A DNA stretch of 61,704 bases, filler included. It is 4 parts of 4 records of this genome, joined end to end, with 100 filler letters (N's around TTAATTAATTAA, not from the genome) between each part and the next. Parts side by side here need not be neighbours in the genome. Positions count along the whole stretch, not along the records: positions 52,902 to 61,704 come from SRR20825006_1436; 3 more parts are not named here. One strand, 5' to 3'. Under the pieces are notes generated by a model, which was not told the origin of the DNA, searched no databases, and was given only the letters and a program-made list of their open reading frames with translations. The translations under genes and the position numbers were made by a program. This document shows, one piece after another, positions 57,514 through 61,704 of the stretch (position 1 is the stretch's first letter; each line of letters starts with the position of its first letter).

Positions 57514-58512
57514 TTACTTTGCGTTGGCCATCGCCAGCGCGGTGTCCAGCATCCGGTTGGAAAAGCCCCATTCGTTGTCGTACCACGACAGGATGCGCAC
57601 CAGGGTGCCGTTTTGCACATGGGTCTGGTCCAGCGCCACGGTCGAGCTGGCGGGAGTGTGGTTGAAATCCACCGACACCAGCGGGCGGGCTTCGACCTCC
57701 AGCACGCCACCCGAGGCGCGGGCGGCTTTGGACAGGGCGGCGTTCACCCCTGCGATGTCGGTCTCTTTCGCCACTTCGACGGTCAGGTCCACGCAGGAGA
57801 CGTTGGGCGTGGGCACCCGCAACGAGGTGCCAAAGATCAGCCCGTCCAGTTCCGGCATCACCAGACCGATGGCCTTGGCCGCACCGGTCGAGGTGGGAAC
57901 CATCGACAGCGCCGCAGCCCGGCCCCGCGCCAGATCGCTGGCGGCACGGTCATGGGTGGGCTGGCCGCCGGTGTAGGCGTGGATCGTGGTCATGGTGCCG
58001 CGCAGGATGCCGAATTCTTCGTGCAGCGCCTTGCACAGCGGGGCCAGACAGTTGGTGGTGCACGATGCATTCGACACGATTTTATCGTCTGCGGTCAGGA
58101 TGTCGTGGTTCACACCATAGACAATGGTTTTCATCTCGCCCTTGCCGGGGGCCGAGATCAGCACCTTGTCGCTGCCGTTTTTCAGGTGCGCGCCTGCGGT
58201 CTCGTCGGTCTTGAAGAACCCTGTACATTCCAGCGCGATGTCCACGTCACCCCAGTCCAGCTCGGCGGGGTCGCGTTCGGCGCTCATGCGGATGGGGCCT
58301 GCGCCCACGTCCAGCGTGTAGCCGGTCAGGTTGACAGTGCCGTTATAGCGACCGTGGACCGAGTCAAATTCAAACAGATGCGCATTGGTGGCAGGGTCGG
58401 CCAGATCGTTGATGGCAACAACCTGCAGGTCGTCGCCGCCGCGCTCCATCAGCGCACGCAGCACGTTGCGCCCGATACGTCCGAAGCCGTTGATTGCGAT
58501 TTTCGTGGTCAT
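57514..58512 (-). CDS. gap: Type I glyceraldehyde-3-phosphate dehydrogenase, paralogue 1
   Basis: INGFGRIGR, INDL, ASCTTNCL, TGAAKA, WYDNEWG. Confidence 0.93.
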   Translation of the reverse strand: MTTKIAINGFGRIGRNVLRALMERGGDDLQVVAINDLADPATNAHLFEFDSVHGRYNGTVNLTGYTLDVGAGPIRMSAERDPAELDWGDVDIALECTGFFKTDETAGAHLKNGSDKVLISAPGKGEMKTIVYGVNHDILTADDKIVSNASCTTNCLAPLCKALHEEFGILRGTMTTIHAYTGGQPTHDRAASDLARGRAAALSMVPTSTGAAKAIGLVMPELDGLIFGTSLRVPTPNVSCVDLTVEVAKETDIAGVNAALSKAARASGGVLEVEARPLVSVDFNHTPASSTVALDQTHVQNGTLVRILSWYDNEWGFSNRMLDTALAMANAK

Positions 58513-58530
58513 GATCCGCCCCCATTTTTC

Positions 58531-58544
58531 GGTTAGCGCTAACA
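58531..58544. promoter_or_regulatory. LacI-type palindrome (CceR-like) upstream of gap paralogue 1
   Basis: GGTTAGCGCTAACA, with perfect core GTTAGCGCTAAC. Confidence 0.65.
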
Positions 58545-58623
58545 TAGAGGGGGCGATCATATTGTCAACCACGCGTGCAGAGCGACGCTGTCGTGGTCCA
58601 TCAAAGTCAAAAAGGGCAGGGCG

Positions 58624-58767
58624 TCAGCGCCAGAAGGCCAACCATTCGATCAGGTCGAACAGCTCTTTGCCCAGAAACAACAGATTGGCGCTGTCGTTGG
58701 CGAACACGTCATAGCTGATCCAAGCGATCAAGATGGCGGCCAGAATCAGCGACAGGGTGTTGGTCAT
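58624..58767 (-). CDS. 47-aa small membrane protein
   Basis: MTNTLSLILAAILIAWISYD...LIEWLAFWR; hydrophobic helix, fills the space between the gap genes. Confidence 0.7.
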   Translation of the reverse strand: MTNTLSLILAAILIAWISYDVFANDSANLLFLGKELFDLIEWLAFWR

Positions 58768-58780
58768 CGGGGCAAAGCTC

Positions 58781-58817
58781 AAACAAAAAGGGCAGGGCCG
58801 TTGTGACAGCCCCGCCC
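58781..58817 (-). terminator. Intrinsic terminator after gap paralogue 2
   Basis: GGGCGGGGCTG-TCACAA-CGGCCCTGCCC-TTTTTGTTT on the minus strand. Confidence 0.75.
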
Positions 58818-58841
58818 CGATCCCGCAAGTGGCGGTGAATT

Positions 58842-59843
58842 TTACGACAGGCGGCCCATGGCCACGGCGACATCTGCCATGCGGCACGAGAACGCCCATT
58901 CGTTGTCGTACCATGCCAGCACGCGCACCAGGTTGCCGCCTGTGACCTTGGTCTGGTCAGGGGCAAAGATCGACGAATGTTCAGTGTGGTTGAAATCGAC
59001 CGAGACTTTCTGCTCGTCATCATAGGCCAGCACGCGGCTCATCGGACCCTCGGAGGCGGCCTTCATGGCGGCGTTCACCTCGTCCACGGTCACGTCGCGG
59101 CCCGCGACAAAGGTCAGGTCCACAGCCGAGACATTGGGCGTGGGCACGCGCATGGCGGTGCCGTCCAGCTTGCCCGCCAGTTTCGGCAGCACTTCACCCA
59201 GCGCCTTGGCGGCACCGGTCGAGGTGGGGATGATGCTCATCGCGGCGGCGCGGGCGCGGTACAGATCGCTGTGGCGCTTGTCCAGCGTCGGCTGGTCGCC
59301 GGTATAGCTGTGAATGGTGGTCATCAGGCCGCTTTCGATGCCGAACGCATCGTCCAGCGCCTTGGCCAGCGGGGCCAGGCAGTTGGTGGTGCACGACCCG
59401 TTGCTGACCATGCGGTCGATCTTGGTCAGCTCCTTGTCGTTGACGCCGTAGACCACGGTGCGGTCCACGTTCTTGCCGGGGGCCGACAACAGCACCTTGC
59501 CCGCGCCACGCTCAAGGTGTGTTTTCGCTTTCAGGCCGTCGTTGAACATGCCGGTGCATTCCAGAACGACATCACAGCCCTCCCAGTCCAGCGCGTCCAT
59601 GTCATAGGTGGACATCACGTCGATGGGGCCACGGCCCAGGTCCAGGGTGTTTTCACCAATTTCGACCATGCCGGGGAATGCGCCATGCACCGAATCGTAT
59701 TTGATCAGGTGTGCGGCGCTTTTCAGCGGGCCGGTGGCGTTCAGTTTAACGACCTGAATGTCGTTGCGGCCGCTTGCGGCGATGTGGGACAGGGTGCAGC
59801 GGCCGATGCGGCCAAACCCGTTGATGCCAACTCTGATGGTCAT
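58842..59843 (-). CDS. gap: Type I glyceraldehyde-3-phosphate dehydrogenase, paralogue 2
   Basis: INGFGRIGR, LNATG, GSCTTNCL, GDQPTLD, WYDNEW; AAGGA RBS. Confidence 0.92.
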   Translation of the reverse strand: MTIRVGINGFGRIGRCTLSHIAASGRNDIQVVKLNATGPLKSAAHLIKYDSVHGAFPGMVEIGENTLDLGRGPIDVMSTYDMDALDWEGCDVVLECTGMFNDGLKAKTHLERGAGKVLLSAPGKNVDRTVVYGVNDKELTKIDRMVSNGSCTTNCLAPLAKALDDAFGIESGLMTTIHSYTGDQPTLDKRHSDLYRARAAAMSIIPTSTGAAKALGEVLPKLAGKLDGTAMRVPTPNVSAVDLTFVAGRDVTVDEVNAAMKAASEGPMSRVLAYDDEQKVSVDFNHTEHSSIFAPDQTKVTGGNLVRVLAWYDNEWAFSCRMADVAVAMGRLS

Positions 59844-59918
59844 GGTCTGCGTCCTTATGTGGGATGTTGAGGGCTGTATAGCGACAGGCCAAAATGGGCG
59901 AAACACCTGAAAACAAGC

Positions 59919-59932
59919 TGTTAGCGATAAAC
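59919..59932. promoter_or_regulatory. Degenerate LacI-type palindrome upstream of gap paralogue 2
   Basis: TGTTAGCGATAAAC, similar to the site at 58531. Confidence 0.5.
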
Positions 59933-60016
59933 CTGTGACCCATTTGCTGCGTTTGGACGTTTGTCTTTCGCGTGGTCAGTGTTAGCTCTGTAGCCAGGCA
60001 CTTTGAAAGGAACGAC

Positions 60017-61000
60017 ATGAGCGGACTACTGGCCCTATTGGACGACGTGGCAGCGATTGCCAAAGTGGCGGCGGCCTCGGTCGATGACGTGATCGGGCAG
60101 GCGGCCAAGGCCAGTGCCAAGGCAGCCGGTGCCGTGATCGACGATGCCGCCGTGACGCCAAAATATGTGACAGGTTTCGCCGCCGAGCGCGAACTGCCGA
60201 TCATCTGGCGGATTGCCAAGGGCTCGCTGCGCAACAAGCTGCTGTTCCTGCTGCCTGCGGGGCTGGCGCTGAACCAGTTTGCACCCTGGGCGATAACGCC
60301 GCTGTTGATGTTGGGCGGCTGTTACCTGTGTTTCGAAGGGGCCGAAAAGATCGCCCATGCGGTTGGTGTCGGGGGCAAGGGCCACGAAGATCATCCAAAG
60401 GCAAAGCAGGAAACCGTCGATCCCGCCCATCTGGAAGAGGAAAAAGCCAAGGGCGCGATCAAGACCGATTTCATCCTGTCCGCCGAAATCATGACCATCA
60501 CGCTGGCCGCGATCCCCGAAAGCAACTTCTGGATGGAAGCGGCGACACTTGCCGGGGCTGCGATCATCATTACGCTGGTGGTCTACGGCTCGGTCGGGTT
60601 GATCGTCAAAGCGGACGACCTTGGTCTGGCGATGGCCAATCGCGGGCGTCTGGGGCTGACCCAGTCGCTGGGGCGCGGAATTGTGCACGCGATGCCGTGG
60701 GTGTTGAAAATTCTGCTGGTGGTCGGCACTGCGGCGATGCTGTGGGTGGGTGGCAACATCGTCATCCACGGGCTTGAGGTGCTGGGCTATGACACGCTGG
60801 GCCACTTTACCCACGACTGGGCTGCGGAAGCGGGCCATGCGGTCAGCGAACGCTGGCGTGGGGCGGTCGAATGGACGACCAAGGCGGCGATGGACGGTGT
60901 GTTCGGTCTGGGGCTGGGTCTGGTGCTGATCCCGATTGGCGAAAAGATCATCACGCCGATCTGGCGGGCCGTGTTTCATCGCGAAAAGAAAGCGGCCTGA
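60017..61000 (+). CDS. DUF808 (YedI-like) inner membrane protein
   Basis: LLALLDD, IDDAAVTP, ERELPII, YLCFEGAEK, TDFILSAEIM. Confidence 0.9.
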   Translation: MSGLLALLDDVAAIAKVAAASVDDVIGQAAKASAKAAGAVIDDAAVTPKYVTGFAAERELPIIWRIAKGSLRNKLLFLLPAGLALNQFAPWAITPLLMLGGCYLCFEGAEKIAHAVGVGGKGHEDHPKAKQETVDPAHLEEEKAKGAIKTDFILSAEIMTITLAAIPESNFWMEAATLAGAAIIITLVVYGSVGLIVKADDLGLAMANRGRLGLTQSLGRGIVHAMPWVLKILLVVGTAAMLWVGGNIVIHGLEVLGYDTLGHFTHDWAAEAGHAVSERWRGAVEWTTKAAMDGVFGLGLGLVLIPIGEKIITPIWRAVFHREKKAA

Positions 61001-61036
61001 GCCGCGCCGCCATCGTGCTTCTTTCGGTGCAAATAA

Positions 61037-61073
61037 AAACGGGCCGGTCAGGGAAATCCTGACCGGCCCGTTT
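61037..61073. terminator. Bidirectional intrinsic terminator between DUF808 and tkt
   Basis: AAACGGGCCGGTCAGG-GAAAT-CCTGACCGGCCCGTTT, a perfect 16-bp stem. Confidence 0.9.
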
Positions 61074-61095
61074 CGTTCCGTAACCCGGTATCAGA

Positions 61096-61704
61096 TCAAA
61101 GCAGCGCCTTGGCCTTCGCCACGACGTTCTCTGCGGTGATCCCGAATTTTTCGAACAACTCTTCCGCAGGGGCCGATGCACCGAACCGGTCCATGCCGAC
61201 GAAATCAGCCTTGCCCGCGCGGCCACGTTCGCCCAGCAGCCATTGATCCCAACCTTGGCGCACAGCCGCCTCGATGCCGATGCGGACGGCGCTGCCTGCG
61301 GGCAGAACCTTGCGGCGATAGGCTTCGTCCTGCTCGGCAAAGAGCTCCATGCAGGGCATGGACACGACGCGCGTGCCGATCCCGTCCGCCTGCAGCGCCT
61401 CGCGGGCCTTCAGCGCGACCTCGACTTCGGAGCCGGTGGCAATCAGGATCACCTGACGCTTGCCTTCAGCCTCGGCCAGAACATAAGCGCCCTGTGCGGT
61501 CAGGTTCTTGTTCTTGTGTTCGGTCCGCACGGTCGGCAGGCCCTGACGGGTCAGCGACAGAACCGACGGCGTGGTTTTCGAGGTCAGCGCGACCTCCCAG
61601 GCCTCGGCTGTCTCAATGGTGTCGGCGGGACGGAACACATAAGTGTTGGGCGTCGCGCGGCTGATCGCCAAATGCTCGACCGGCTGGTGGGTCGGGCCGT
61701 CTTC
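61096..61704 (-). CDS. tkt: Transketolase, C-terminal part (runs off the window)
   Basis: [11 protein letters not shown] at the window edge, LTRQ, ATGSEV, RVVSMP, FGASAP. Confidence 0.95.
   Translation of the reverse strand, partial: EDGPTHQPVEHLAISRATPNTYVFRPADTIETAEAWEVALTSKTTPSVLSLTRQGLPTVRTEHKNKNLTAQGAYVLAEAEGKRQVILIATGSEVEVALKAREALQADGIGTRVVSMPCMELFAEQDEAYRRKVLPAGSAVRIGIEAAVRQGWDQWLLGERGRAGKADFVGMDRFGASAPAEELFEKFGITAENVVAKAKALL

Noticed and set aside
58842-59843. Calling gap paralogue 2 epd (erythrose-4-phosphate dehydrogenase)
   Set aside because: It keeps GAPDH-type HSYTGDQ and PTSTGAAKA; not excluded without assay, but unsupported by sequence.
1-61704. tRNA, rRNA, CRISPR arrays, transposases, phage or defence genes
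   Set aside because: None recognised; nearly all sequence is explained by protein-coding genes. A small RNA could be missed without covariance-model searches.

Overview
This is not one locus. Four contigs are joined by identical artificial 100-bp spacers (44 N + TTAATTAATTAA + 44 N) at 19215-19314, 41600-41699 and 52802-52901, so adjacency across spacers is meaningless and the pieces may come from different alphaproteobacteria. Contig 1 (1-19214, high GC, minus strand) is an internal piece of a hybrid NRPS-PKS assembly line: C-A(diamino-acid-like code)-N-MT-T-C-A(Thr)-T, then KS-AT-KR-ACP-C, an AsnB-type amidotransferase, a stand-alone A-T with an unusual pocket, and C-A (truncated). It is the best candidate for an undescribed system; I could not match it to a pathway I know. 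Contig 2 (19315-41599) holds small regulator/SDR/alpha-beta-hydrolase cassettes, a ThDP enzyme + ALDH pair, an LLM-GNAT/LysR-pirin-DUF5996::GNAT block, an iron-siderophore ABC operon with a TGA-N9-TCA box, and partial cfa. Contig 3 (41700-52801, visibly more AT-rich) is a surface-polysaccharide cluster with an extended WecG/TagA protein and two unknown proteins. Contig 4 (52902-61704) is Rhodobacteraceae-like core genome: mmsA, LysR, CBS, coaD, L,D-transpeptidase, extensin-like protein, two divergent gap paralogues each with a LacI-type palindrome, DUF808 and tkt. I saw no tRNA, rRNA, CRISPR array or transposase. All family calls come from motif recognition by eye, not database searches.
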